Origin: Octopus sinensis
Taxonomy: Eukaryota
DNA: 64,000 bases
Direction of reading: 5' to 3'
NCBI RefSeq assembly: GCF_006345805.1
Contig: NC_043003.1
Span: forward strand, 65,410,001-65,474,000
Shown here: in pieces, positions 1-12,993 of the stretch
Numbering within the stretch: the first letter of the stretch is position 1
Layout: each line of letters begins with the position of its first letter
The notes under the pieces: model-generated
What the model was told of the DNA's origin: nothing
What the model saw: the letters and a program-made list of their open reading frames with translations, nothing else
The model's database searches: none
Translations under genes and position numbers: made by a program

Positions 1-62
1 CTAATACACCTGTTTGTTTCTTTATACAATTGTATTCGTCTTTTGTTTTTCTGCAAACTTCA
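1..62 (+). repeat. 3' remnant of HHR family C (PLE pseudo-LTR-like) repeat, cut by the window edge
   Basis: ctaatacacctgtttgttt...tcgtcttttgtttttctgcaaacttcaa matches the tails at about 25110-25160, 42450-42520 and 53700-53765. Confidence 0.6.
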
Positions 63-252
63 AATATATATATATATATATATATATATAGATATATATA
101 TATAGGTTATGAGTATGAGAGGTAATGCTGTCAAGAAGACCCAAATGTGTCAGGTAATGGTGAATAAGTGCTATACACAGACTATAGTAAAGCTCCAGTT
201 TCGATGATTATACGAATGAGGAGTCCAACGTAGGTCATATATCAGCATATGT

Positions 253-492
253 ATATATAAAAAATTAATAGAATGAGATAAAAATCCAAGGCTGTGAAAG
301 ATAGAACATTTATAAAGAGAAAATCTTACAGCTGTTTCCGGGATATTTTATATATCCTTTCATGCATCCCTTCACCGTCTCCGATGAAGATATATATAAA
401 ATATTCCGGAAACAGCTGTAAGACCTCTTTATAAATGTTCTGAAATCTTTCAAAGCCTTGCATTTTTATCTCATTCTGTTAATTTTATATAT
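253..492. repeat. ~105-bp imperfect inverted repeat of a PLE pseudo-LTR-like segment with two decayed hammerhead motifs (family A)
   Basis: Arm 253-355 (aattaatagaatgagataaaaatccaagg...tcttacagctgtttccgggatatttta) is the reverse complement of arm 391-492. The + copy 377-424 reads GTCT-CCGATGA-stemII-GAAA-CAGCTG-TA-AGAC. Confidence 0.8.
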
Positions 493-687
493 ATATACTA
501 TTTACTATTTATTGTACTTTATTGATTTTTAGAATAAGGATTTTATAGTATATATTTTCTATATGATGTGAATAACATCTTTCATTATTGAATTGCTTAA
601 TAAAGTTTTTTCTCTAAATTATATACATATATTAAATATTGTGAAATTTGATTTAAAATTGTTAAGTTGAAATTTTCCCTGTAAGTT

Positions 688-767
<80 letters not shown>

Positions 768-1042
768 GTGTGTGTGTGTGTGTGTGAGTGTGTGTTAAAA
801 AAGAAAGATGATGCCTCACATCCTTTGATCAGTTACGTATGCTTCCATGACCATTACGTATTTCTATCAATCGACTTGATGGATTATTTTGTACATATAA
901 AACTCATGAAGACCCATACGATATTAACAGTTATATTAATCATTTTTTTCAATTTAGTTACAAATCTAACCCCAATAGAATAGATTGATTGCCAGTGCGG
1001 TAAATACATTAAACGCACAATCACTGGTTGGCAAGCTGTGGT

Positions 1043-1250
1043 TTTGGGACAGACACAGACAGAAAATTACACACACACATATTTATACGACGGGCTTCTT
1101 TCAGTTTCTCTTTACCAAATCCACTTACAAGGCTGTGGTCGGCTCAAGGATATAGATGAATACACCTGACCAAGGTTGCACGTTGTGGGACTGAAACCAA
1201 AACTATGTCGTTGGAAAGCAAGCCCATTACCACACAGCAACGCCTACGCC
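1043..1250 (-). mobile_element. SINE family 1, 5' half
   Basis: cgacgggcttctttcagttt...ttaccacacagcaacgcctacgcc is homologous to 6361-6746 and 8757-9162. Confidence 0.8.
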
Positions 1251-1986
1251 AGCATAATTTTTCAGTATTAAGTCCGTTATATGTCGTGATTTTGAAAGAA
1301 ATTTTCATCTCAGACGAAAACAGCAGTAATTCGATTTTAAACGGTGTATATACATTGAATATGATACATAGATGACTATTTTCATTGAATGCTGCTTCAG
1401 TAGCAAACACTGCATTAATAATTTAGCCAAGTAGCTATCTCCCTATCAGTTACTGTTTTATTCATTTCCCTGTCTCCGAGACGACAAATTACAGTAACTT
1501 GCTTACCAATGCTGCGTATACATTAGACATGATCTATAGATATCAATTTAAAACTTTATTCGCTTACCTTATCACTTCAAAGATATTTGCCTGACGCAAA
1601 ATCTCACAAAGAACATTTCTAGAGTTTCAAAATTTGTGTTGCGTTTTCCTCTTTCAGTTTGATAGATACTTCATAATGCATTTGAAGAAAAGGCTTTCGT
1701 TATAATTCCAAAATATGGCAAATATCTGCCCATTATCCTATATTTATCAGTATTAAATTATTTAAATATTTTATTTATAATTTTCAACAATTTTTACTCA
1801 TTACTTTGTAAAGCCTGTGTGACTGAAATATTCTCGTTATTAAATTTTAATTAAATAAATGTATGACACCCTCTTACCTTGTAAACTAAATCCGAATCTT
1901 TTATTGAAGTTTATGGATTTTCATTTTGCTCTCAAAGCAGATATATTGAAATACAGAAAGGACATACGTACTTGATTACAAACATT

Positions 1987-2033
<47 letters not shown>

Positions 2034-2193
2034 CTTTATGTAAATCTAGCTCTTTCCATTCTCTCCTAATATACAATCATATATGCACATATACGGTGTC
2101 TACATACATACATACATATACAAATACACACACATACATACATATACGAACAGAGACGCTTACGCACGCACGCACACACCACACACACACACA

Positions 2194-2228
<35 letters not shown>

Positions 2229-2694
2229 AGCGTATGCATGTTTATATGAGTATGTACATAAAACACTCATGTGTGTTTCTGTATGCATATACAGATACAA
2301 AGGTGGGTTAGAGAAATCACACACAGGATAATATGAGAGAAAGAGATATTATTGATAAATTACTTCGTGGCTAAATAAAAGAAATAGGAATGTGAGGATG
2401 TATTATGAAATATTTCAAGAGCATTTCGATAGTACACGAGTGTTTTGTGGTGATGAAGCCCGCCTGTAAGCACTCTCAGCTGTGAAGCCATATTGCAAGT
2501 TATTACGCAAATGGTTTTGAAAATCTCACAAGAGTAGTTTATCAAAAGAGGCTATTGAGTCTATTCTGCTTGGCTATGGAGAGCTGCATCCATTTTAAAC
2601 CCGTATATAACTCATATACACTCGTGTAAAGTCACATACACACACGGGACACATGCCTAAACACGAGAACTCAGGTGTGTTTGTGTATGTGTGT

Positions 2695-3011
2695 GTACAA
2701 ATATATATATACATATATATATATACATATATATATATATACATATATACATTATGTATATATATATATATACATATACATATATACATATATATACATA
2801 TATATATACATATATACAATATATATACATATATACATTATATATACATATATACGTTATATTGCATATAATACATTATTTATATATATATATATGCATA
2901 TATATAATATTATATTATATATATATATATATATATTATAATATAGATATAACATTATATATATATTACATTAATATATATATATTATATATATATAATA
3001 AATATATACAT

Positions 3012-3042
<31 letters not shown>

Positions 3043-3196
3043 ATACCTTATATATATATATATTATATATATATATAAATATTACATAATATTATATATT
3101 ATATTATATATATATATCTACATTATATATATATATATTATATATATATTATATATATATATACATTATATATATATATATTATATATATATACAT

Positions 3197-3228
<32 letters not shown>

Positions 3229-3735
3229 CATTATAATATAATTATATATATCTAATCTCTATACATTATATATAATATATATATTATCTTACATATATAT
3301 ATATATATTATATATATATATAATATATACATTATCTATATATATATATTATATTTAGAATATCTATGCATTATATATATATATATAATATATATATTAT
3401 ATGGAATTCTATATTATATATTTATATACATTATTTATATATATATTTTATCTAATATATATATATAATATACATTTATTATCTAATATATATTATATCT
3501 ATATATACATTATATATATATATATATATATATACATATATATCCCTATATATATATATACTATATATATATATATATATATACATTATTAATATATATA
3601 CTATATATACACACACATATATATATAAATATATATACATTATATATACATATATACATATAGGTATGTATATATATATATATATGCATATATGATGTGC
3701 AAACATATGTGTATATTTCTTTGTATATTATATAT
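2695..3735. repeat. ~1 kb interrupted (TA)n/AT-rich simple repeat
   Basis: Nearly pure A/T dinucleotide repeat with sparse C/G interruptions. Confidence 0.95.
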
Positions 3736-3839
3736 GTGTGAGTCATTGTGTGGTAGAAATTATTGAATAAATGAATTCATAGTTGTCTAAACATACCCAT
3801 TGACCGATGATTGGGAAACAGTGAAGTTTATATGTATCT

Positions 3840-3934
3840 CTATGTATGTATGTATGTATGTATGTATGTATGTATGTATGCATGCATGTATCTATCTACA
3901 TATCTGTCTATCTCTCCATCCATCCATCCGTCCT

Positions 3935-3976
<42 letters not shown>

Positions 3977-4009
3977 CATCTATCTATCCATCTATCTATC
4001 CATCTATCA

Positions 4010-4086
<77 letters not shown>

Positions 4087-4100
4087 CCTATCTACCTATC
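3840..4100. repeat. (TATG)n followed by (TATC)n/(TCCA)n tetranucleotide microsatellites
   Basis: Directly visible. Confidence 0.95.
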
Positions 4101-4144
4101 TGGTTATCCATGTGCAAATGTAGATGTGCAAATATAACAAATTA

Positions 4145-4627
4145 GGGAAAGGGGAAATGAAATTCACGAGATTCTTTATTAATCAAAAACGATCGTTCCT
4201 ATCCGTCTTGCATCGGTCTCTCGCAGGTAAGGGTTTTGGAGAACTGGTTGTGGTGCATCCCTCGGAGCAGATGTGTCTCTTTAGGTGATCTTTCAAACGA
4301 TTCCACGCTCAATAAACTCAGTTTTGCTTGGTTCTATTGTAATGCAATTCGTTATTTGCATGTAGCTCGATGCATACCGGGTTCGGTTCATTGGAATGTA
4401 ACCCGATACAGGCAAATGACGAAATGCATTACAATAGAACCAAGCGAAACGAGGTTTATTGAGTGAAGTACCCTTTGAAAATTCTCCTTATGAGACACAT
4501 CTGCACAAAAGGATGCACCCTAAAGACTTGCCCAGAATCAAACCCACGAGAGACCGATGCAAGATGGGCCGAAATGATCGTTGTGACTAATATACAACCT
4601 CATGAATTCCATTTTCTCTTTCTCCCA
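4145..4627. mobile_element. Long imperfect foldback palindrome (MITE/foldback-like)
   Basis: Successive inverted blocks: ttgcatcggtctctcg/cgagagaccgatgcaa, ggtgcatcc/ggatgcacc, gcagatgtgtctc/gagacacatctgc, gcttggttctattgtaatgca/tgcattacaatagaaccaagc, cgggtt/aacccg. Loop is about 4384-4399. Confidence 0.8.
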
Positions 4628-4819
4628 TTAGCTATATACACGACGGGTACAGAGGAATTCCCGAAGTAAATCCAAAGTCTCTTATATCATTTATACTGCT
4701 GATGACATCAGGTGGACTCAGACTGTGAACGTGCTTTAATCGGCACACTATAAGGTGTATTGCCAAATCTAAAATGTAGGAATATACTGTACGTATATAT
4801 GCACATACATACATAGATG

Positions 4820-4823
4820 TATG

Positions 4824-4918
<95 letters not shown>

Positions 4919-4920
4919 AT
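4820..4920. repeat. (TA)n microsatellite
   Basis: Directly visible. Confidence 0.95.
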
Positions 4921-5439
4921 AGGTGAGTTAAGTTAGAGGTTATAACAGGTGTGTAAAGGATACTTGAATGCAATGTATCCACTGCTGTATTACTTACATT
5001 TAATCATAAGCATTGTTGTTAATGCTCATAAATGATAGGTAATGACAGAAATAAAAAATATGTTTATCAATATTCAAGGAAAGCAGAAAATGGAGATACA
5101 ATTGATGAATAACAATTGATTTAGATCTTGTGAAGTATATTTTCCACATAAATGTGGCTAATCCTTAAGGGTCGATGCTACTGTAGCTTGTGGCCCCAGG
5201 AAGACATCACCGCCAGCTTGCTATTGACACACTATCTGTGCCCTATCAGTATTTGCAAAAGGAAGTCATCGTTCCCATCTCCAGCCTGACGTGATACACA
5301 CGGACCTGAGTTTTTGGGTATTGACTTGTCATCAATGTGTGACAATGACCGGTTGGCGATGAGAAGTGGTTCTCCATACAAATATATATACTTTTTCCAG
5401 TGACAAAAAATCACTACTCTCGAAAATGTTGAAACAAGC

Positions 5440-6340
5440 AATAAGAAATCTCTGAGCGAGGTAAAAACAGTAGCAGCACGACATCGTGAAGTATATTTAA
5501 ATCAATTATCATTTAATTAATTAATTACAAAAAGACAGAATCTCAACTTACAGTTGTTTCAGTTAGCATGATTCCCAGTTTTAACCGCCACAATAATGAT
5601 AATAATAGTTATCATTGTAGGTAATTAGTTATAACAAACTGAATCACGAAACTTCATCAGAGCGGAAAAGTAAATAAAATATAAGTAAAAAAAAAAAGGA
5701 GAAAAAGGAGAAAGTGAGAACGGTGATAATCGATTGGTGCCACATGCTGATCCATTGTGAAGCATTCGATAGACTGGAATTTATAAATAGAATAAGAGGT
5801 AGTTATGATATTAAGTGGTACGTTCCAATATACAGAGGAAAGGCGTGGGTTAGATATATAAAATGAGCAATTTAAGTCAAAAAATAAAGTGAAACAGTAA
5901 GAAATATAATTAGAAATACTGCTAGTTATAGAACTAAATGATAATAGTGGACCATAATTTACTGTTAATTAATTTCGTATGCATTTTACTAATTATTATA
6001 AGTAGGCAGTATACCTGAAACAACCCCGGGTTTGGAGTAGGACTGGACCAGACAGTAAGAGGATACAATTGATCAGTTAATTTTCAAAAAAGGCTGGCCA
6101 TTAAGAAACCGTTACTCACTGAAGTAAAAAGCCAAACAGCATATATATATATTGTAAGAGGCCATATGCCGCTTGTATAAGTATGATTTAGAAGCATATA
6201 ATGTTGAAATGAGCAGTAGTGGTTATCAAGTAATTAGAATTAGCGGTTAAGAATATATACAGACACTGTTAAATCAAGTTATACAACATGTATAGGTGGG
6301 TGGGTTGTATCTAATTTACAATATTACATATCCAAATAAA
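5440..6340 (-). mobile_element. Possible heavily decayed Penelope-like element
   Basis: Minus-strand translation fragments LDNHYCSF and YI*PT resemble PLE RT motifs. A terminal GAAACAACTGTAAG resembles the family A HHR 3' half. Many stops and shifts. Confidence 0.3.
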
Positions 6341-6360
6341 CTGTGTTATAATATATCTCT

Positions 6361-6746
6361 CTTTTACTCTTTTACTTCTTTCAATCCTTTGACTGCGGCC
6401 ATGCAGGAGCACCGCCTTAAGTCGAGCAAATCAACCCCAGGACTTATTCTATGGAAGCCTAGTACTTATTCTATCGGTCTCTTTTGCCGAACCGCTAGGT
6501 TACGGGTACGTAATACAGATGTTGGGGGGGGGGGACAAATACAGACACAGAAAACACACACACACACACATATATATACAAACGACGGGCTTCTTTCATT
6601 TTCCGTCTACCAAATCCACTCACAAGGCTTTAGTTGGCCCGAGGCTATAGTAGAAGACACTTATCCAAGTTGCCACGGAGTGGGACTGAACCCGGAACCA
6701 TGTAGTTCGTAAGCAAGCTACTTACCACACAACCACTCCTACGCCT
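6361..6746 (-). mobile_element. SINE family 1, full length
   Basis: tRNA-like head (ggcgtaggagtggttgtgtggtaag...ccgggttcagtccc on -), internal CA/TA repeat, (AAAAGAGT)-type tail; many copies in window. Confidence 0.9.
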
Positions 6747-6796
6747 ATATATTCTTGTACTAATACAAAGGTATATACAACTACAAACACACACAG

Positions 6797-6846
<50 letters not shown>

Positions 6847-7167
6847 GTACTCTGTGTATCCGCATAAGTATGTGCTCATATGTGAGTGAAAATAAATCGT
6901 TACGGTAGATATCAAAAGTAAATATCAAAAGTAAAATGACCTAATGTGGGTTATGGAGTTTATCAGATAACAAAAAAGAGGGGTGGTTAAGGGGACTAGC
7001 TAGGAAGTAGGAGGCTGGTGTGTAGTGTACAACTGTCCATGTGCATGCTTATCTTGCCGCGCCCTTTCGCGCACATATGGGCATTCGTAGGTCTGCACAT
7101 ATATATCTATGGACGTGCTTGTGCATCCACATGTGGCCATAAAGATATAGATATATATTCATGCGTT

Positions 7168-7547
7168 GTGGAGGCACAATAGCCCAGTGATTAGGGTAGC
7201 GGACTCGCGGTCGTAGAATCACGGTTTCGATTCCCACGCCGGGCGTTGTGAGTGCTTATTGAGTAAAAGCACTTAAAGCTCCACAAGGCACCGGCAGCGA
7301 GTGGTTCCTAACCTTGCTGTATTCTTTCACCACAACTTTCTCTCATTCTTTCTTCCTGTTTCTGTCGTACCTGTATTTCGAACGGCCACTCTTGTCACAC
7401 ACTGTGTCACGCTGAATCACCCCGAGAACTACGTTAAGGGTACAGGTGTCTGTGGTGTGCTCAGCCACTTGCACTTTAATTACACGAGCAGGGTGTTCTG
7501 TTGATCGGATCAACTGGAACCCTCGTCGTCGTAACCGACGGAGTGCC
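7168..7547 (+). mobile_element. SINE family 2, full length
   Basis: gtggaggcacaatagcccagtgattagg...ggtttcgattccc (A/B-box-like head) to gtaaccgacggagtgcc; near-identical to 25884-26263. Confidence 0.9.
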
Positions 7548-7596
7548 GTAGTATATTCGTCCGCACACATGGATATACAGTTATGTGTATATTAGT

Positions 7597-7911
7597 GCGG
7601 AGGAGACCCCTTTCGGTCACGAATAATCATAGAATTGCACCTAGAATGTTCCCTTCTGAGGCACAAGTCCGGCTAAGGTTGTTTATGGAAAAACAGCATT
7701 TGGCCATGCATGCCAGCCTTCCCTCTCCACGCCACCGATGTTATCCAAAAGAAAGGCAAAGGGGCCGACACAGCTTGGCACCAGTCATGTTGCAACTCAT
7801 TTCTACAGTTGAATGAACTGAAGCAACATGAAATAAAGTATCTTGCTCAAGAACACAGCACACAGCCCGGCCCGGGATCGACGCTCTAACCACTGAGTCA
7901 TGCGCCTTCAC
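7597..7911 (-). mobile_element. SINE family 3 (tRNA-like head, central domain shared with 48520-48823, distinct tail)
   Basis: gaactgaagcaacatgaaataaagtatcttgctcaagaacac...ctctaaccactgag is shared with 48725-48820. Confidence 0.75.
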
Positions 7912-8179
7912 TGTATGTTAGTATAGAAAGAAATATAAGTAGATACCCCTATGAGAGTGAACAATTGGTATTGAGTTGTTAAGTAACGAGAGAGTTATGT
8001 GGAGGAAATGGTAAGAGTAAGTCATAGGACTAGGTGGGGGAGGTTGTATTTGTTTCAAGGTGTAAACTTGCTGAGTTTAACATTAATCAATAAACCAACC
8101 AGATACACAGAGAAGTTTGCGCATACATACGGATAAATAGAAAATGAGGCAGGGTTTCTAAACCAGACATATAAACTAT

Positions 8180-8322
8180 CTACCTAACCACTTACCTACC
8201 TACCTACCTACCTACCTACCTACCTACCTACCTACCTACCTACCTACCTACCTGCCTGCCTAGATACCTACCTACTTACCTACCTAGCTATCTACCTACC
8301 TGCCTGCCTACCTACCTACCTA
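8180..8322. repeat. (CTAC)n microsatellite
   Basis: Directly visible. Confidence 0.9.
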
Positions 8323-8720
8323 CCACATGGTTCCCAATTCACTGCTGCTGCGTTGCATCTTGGGCAATTGTATTCTACTAAATCCTCGGTCCGGCCAAAC
8401 CCTTTGAAACCTGTCGTGTCTAATTGTTTATACATACACACACACATACATACATACATACATACATACATACATACACATACATACATACATACATACA
8501 TACATGTGAGTGTGTGTTTGTATTTTTTGTGTTCCCCACCATCGCTTTACAACCGATGTTGATGTGCTTACGTCCACGTAGTTTAGAGGTTCGGCAAAAA
8601 AGGACTCATGGAGCAAGTACTAGGCATAAAAAATATAATTACTCGAGTCGACTGATTTGACTAAAACTACTTCAAGGCGGTGCTCTTACATGGCTGCACT
8701 CTAATAACTGAAACAAATAA
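8322..8720 (+). mobile_element. SINE family 1, degenerate, with internal (CATA)n
   Basis: accacatggttcc...ttgggcaa...acaaccgatgttg...ttcggcaaaaa...aagtactaggc...ggcggtgctc...catggctgca. Confidence 0.7.
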
Positions 8721-8756
8721 GAAATAATGAAAAAAGTTATAATGAATTGAACGATA

Positions 8757-9162
8757 TAGGCGTAGGAGTGACTGTGTGGTAAGTAGCTTGCTTACGAACC
8801 ACATGGTTCCGGGTTCAGTCCCAATGCGTGTCATCTTGGGCAAGTGTGTTCTACTATAGCCTACGGCCGACCAATACTTTGTGAGTGGATTTGGTAGACG
8901 GAAACTGAAAGAAGCCCGTCGTATATATATATATTTGTTTGTGTGTGTGTGTTGTGTTTGTGTGTCTGCGTTTGTCCCCCAACATCACTTGACAACCGAG
9001 TCTTGTGTGTTTACGTCCCCGTAACTTAGCAATTCGGCAAAAGAGACCGATAGAATAAGTACTAGGCTTACAAAAATAAGTCTTGGGGTCGATTTGCCCG
9101 ACTAAAGGCGGTGCTCCAGCATGGCCACAGTCACGTGACTGAAACAAGTAAGAGTAAAAGAG
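8757..9162 (+). mobile_element. SINE family 1, full length
   Basis: taggcgtaggagtgactgtgtggtaagtagc...ggcggtgctccagcatggccacagtc...gaaacaagtaagagtaaaag. Confidence 0.9.
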
Positions 9163-9899
9163 AGCAATATTTCACTTACATTATGTAGATACAAATACAT
9201 GCGCCAAATCAATATTCGAATTGTTCACACACACACACACGCGTGCACACACACACACAAGTTTTCTGAAGAGAGTACAAATCATTCAATCTATTGCGAC
9301 TGATTGCTGGTGTCCATTGTGTCACTTTCTAAAATATTTAAAAGCTAAATCAAGTTAAATTCGATGTCAAAGTTGTAATTTCAGATTCAAAACTTCAGTA
9401 CAAAACATCTTGATTTTTCAGTTTGCTCATCACCAACACAATTGTCTTCAAAATATATTTATATTAATTTATTTGTTTATTTATACATATTGTGAAATGT
9501 AATTTTAGTTAATAATGAACTTCTATGGGTTTGAATGTTTAAGATATAATTTAAATTTAGCTTCATTCATATTGCTATAATATTTTTGTTTGTTTATTGG
9601 TATTTTGGTTTTGTTTAAAAATAAATTTCGCTTAATGAGATTATCTCATATTTGGTTTCATTGGCCTGCTCTAAAAAAAACAGAAAAAAAGAAGAAAAAA
9701 AAAAGAAAGAAAAAATTCTAATTTGGTGCTTCTCTTGTTCAAAATAGATACATAGACGTCTATTTTATAAATAGATTTAATGCAAATATTCTTGTTAGAA
9801 AAATTGTTATGGCTGTAAGGGATTTGTGACAAAAATTACGAATCAATTCATTAAATATTCTTATTTTCTTGAAGGTGTTATTTAAAAAAGAATTATCAT

Positions 9900-9904
9900 C
9901 ATCA

Positions 9905-9961
<57 letters not shown>

Positions 9962-9977
9962 TATTATTATTATTATT
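9900..9977. repeat. (ATT)n microsatellite
   Basis: Directly visible. Confidence 0.95.
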
Positions 9978-10284
9978 CACGATAAAACATACTATTATCA
10001 TCTCCATCAAAATTTTTGTCATTTATTTTGATTTAAACTTTAAATTTGTAAAGAAATAAAATTTGATTACTCGAGACAAAGCTTGAAAATTATATTTTTA
10101 TGCTTTTTCTTAATTCATTTCATATTGCATTCTCTTTAATTTAATTCGATGGCAATATAAATGTTTTTCCTTTGACAGACTATTCATATAAAAACTGAAA
10201 TTCCTGTCATGTTCAATATTTCATGTAGCTTCCATTATCACAATGGTTCTTGTTAATGCAGCTTGCATACTGGTATACGTACAT

Positions 10285-10619
10285 ACTCTTTTAGTCTCTT
10301 ATTTGTTTCGGTCATTTGATTGCGGCCATGCTGGGGCACCGCCTTGTAGTCGAGCAAATCGACCCCTAGTACTTATTCTATCGGTCTCTTATGCCGAACC
10401 GGTTGTCAAGCGATGTTGGGTGGACAAACACAGACACACAAACACACACACAAACACACACATATATATACACATATATACGACGGGCTTCTTTCAGTTT
10501 CCGTCTACCAAATCCACTCACAAGAATTTGGTCGGCCCGAGGCTATAGTAGAAGACATTTGCCCAAGGAGCCACGCAGTGGGACTGAACCCGGAACCATG
10601 TGGTTGGTAAGCAACTTAC
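10285..10619 (-). mobile_element. SINE family 1, internally deleted
   Basis: Homology to 6361-6746. Confidence 0.85.
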
Positions 10620-10829
10620 TTTTATTCAAAAAATTGGCCATGAAAGCCGTACACAGATAAGTAGCTGCGGGCTGGACAAAAACATTAAGGAGATGAGGAT
10701 GATAATGATAAACAAAACGCCTCCCAAATCATTGTTCTTTTATTCAATTTTACACAATACGAAGTTTCTTTTATAGCTAATGATTAGTCCACAGAATCAC
10801 ATTTACAAAGATATCTATAGCAAACACCA

Positions 10830-11510
10830 ATCATCATCATCAGAGCCCCCAAGCAAGTAACCTGCTGCCTGCAGACAACACCGCATCGACAGGTCGGGGC
10901 CTGCGAAGAGGAAGGCAAATTCTTCCTTGTCAAAGGTCACAGCGACCTTTGACAAAATTTTGTATTTTATTACCTCCGCAGCCACTGCGGAGGCCATAAT
11001 GAACTACTTGTACAGGCCGAGTACGCACGGTCTCAGTCGCCCACGCCGTCCAAGAATTCACTTACAGTCCCTCCCTCGGGGAAAAGGAGGACCAACTCCT
11101 CCTCCTCCTCCTCCTCACGGGAGAAACAACAAACTACTCTGTCAGCTTCGGTAGGGGTGTTAAAAAGTACGCACACAGTTCCGTACTTCGCATCCCTGTG
11201 GATAAACTTAACAGTTGGCAGATAATCTGCCTACTCCTTCTCAATCTCTTCCTCAGAGAAGACCTTGATGGTGTCAAGGACCCTAGAATAGGTCCTTAAC
11301 ACCACCGTTTTCTCTGTGTAATTTTTTAACCATTCTTTGGGGGCCAAAATTTGCCACTCCAAAGCGGATTTCACAGTTGCCATGTTGATAGCCAAAACAA
11401 AATAATAATTCACAAACAAAAGTCAAAATGTTCAAATAAAAGTCTATAAAAAAATCAAAACAGATCTGAAAGACAGACAAGAGAAGAAAGAGCGAAGGAA
11501 GACAAATGAC
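10830..11510 (-). pseudogene. Probable decayed non-LTR retrotransposon ORF1 (gag-like) remnant
   Basis: GC-richer island. Minus frame MATVKSALEWQILAPKEWLKNYTEKTVVLRTYSRVLDTIKVFSEEEIEKE*ADYLPTVKFIHR continues past a stop. With a frameshift near 10860-10890 it gives C(F)VCRQQGYL, like a degenerate CCHC knuckle. Family not identified. Confidence 0.4.
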
Positions 11511-12263
11511 AACACAACACAATTCTACTACTGGTAATCCAAAATGGTATCAATACTTTCTGTGTTCGTACTCCTTGCCTGTGGTAAATCCAAGGAACTT
11601 CCAGTGCACGAACACAGTCACACAAAGACAATTTCAAATTAATTTTTGCGGAGGGGTTACGCCTCCTCAAAAACACAAATCTCAATGCAAAGTGAGTCTT
11701 TACGTACAACCACAGGCAGACAAATATCTGGAGCAGAGTGGAGACTGCTGCTCACCAAAAAAAATTAAAAATTAAATACAAGGCAAGAAACTCCACTAAG
11801 TCCTCAAAAAAATACAACAAACGCCTGCCTGTAATCGAGCCTCAAATTTCAATATTTAACGAAATACGTGACTTCTGCAGTGTACAACACAATGGAACAT
11901 GCGCACACCGACAACAAAGTATCATGGGAAGTCTCAAAGCTTCATGGAAAGCGAGCTACTTACTACACAGCCACTCCTGCGCCTAAAAGTGTAGCAATGA
12001 ATATATGAGAGGGTTACTGGATAAGATAAATTATCATCTCAGTTTAGAAGTAATGGCTTGTATTTCGAATTCCATCTGGTTTTCTCTACAGTCAGAATAT
12101 AACGCGCAACCACACAGGCACTCCTGCGCCATAGATAAATATTTATACATATGTATGCGCATAGATATGAATATATATATATATATATATATAAATGTAT
12201 GTATATGTATGATTAAGTATGTATGTTTGTATCTATCTATCTATCTATCAATTTATACACATT

Positions 12264-12916
12264 TATTTCTTTATTGACCACAAGGTGATAAACATACAGG
12301 GAATAAAAACAAGGACAGACAAACGGATTAAGTCGATTACATCGACCCCAGTGCGTAACTGGTACTTATTTAATCGACCCCGAAAGGATAAAAGGCTAAG
12401 TCGACTTCGGCGGAATTTGAACTCAGAACGTAGTGGAAGACGAAATACGTATTTCTTTACTACCCACAAGGGGCTAAACACAGAGAGGACAAACAAGGAC
12501 AGACAAAGGGATTAAGTCGATTATATTGACCCCAGTGCGTAACTGGTACTTATTTAATCGACTCCGAAAGGATGAAAGGCAGAGTCGACCTCGGCGGAAT
12601 TTGAACTCAGAACGTAACGGCAGACGAAATACTGCTAAGCATTTCACCCGGCGTGCTAACGTTTCTACCAGCTCGCAGTCTTGAAATTTTTTTATTGCCC
12701 ACAAGGGGCTAAACATAGAGTGGACAAACAAGGACAGACAAACGGATTAAGTCGATTACATAGACTCCCAGTGCGTAACTGCTACTTAATTTATCATCCC
12801 CGAAAGGATGAAAGAGAAAGTCGACCTCGGCGGAATTTGAACTCAGAACGTAGCGGCAGAGGAAATACTGCTAAGCATTTCGCCCGGCGTGCTAACGATT
12901 CTGCCAGCTCGCCGCC
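12264..12916 (-). mobile_element. Tandem trimer of SINE family 4 (units start about 12264, 12450, 12686)
   Basis: Three head-to-tail copies of cacaagg..aaacaaggacagacaaa..taagtcgatta..ccccagtgcgtaactg..cgaaaggat..ggcggaatttgaactcagaacgta. Confidence 0.9.

Positions 12917-12993
<77 letters not shown>

Noticed and set aside
4697-4712. CTGATGA motifs at about 4698, 17995, 21855, 22707 and 24754
   Set aside because: None is followed by a stem II, GAAA, NUH and stem I arrangement.
7168-7235. tRNA-like heads (also at 25884, 55568-55620, 8757) as tRNA genes
   Set aside because: They lack acceptor-stem 3' halves and continue into SINE bodies; they are SINE promoters, not tRNA genes.
12264-12916. 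CRISPR-like or array-like reading of the tandem repeats (also 50925-51185)
   Set aside because: Eukaryotic context, long units without unique spacers, and units are homologous to dispersed SINEs.
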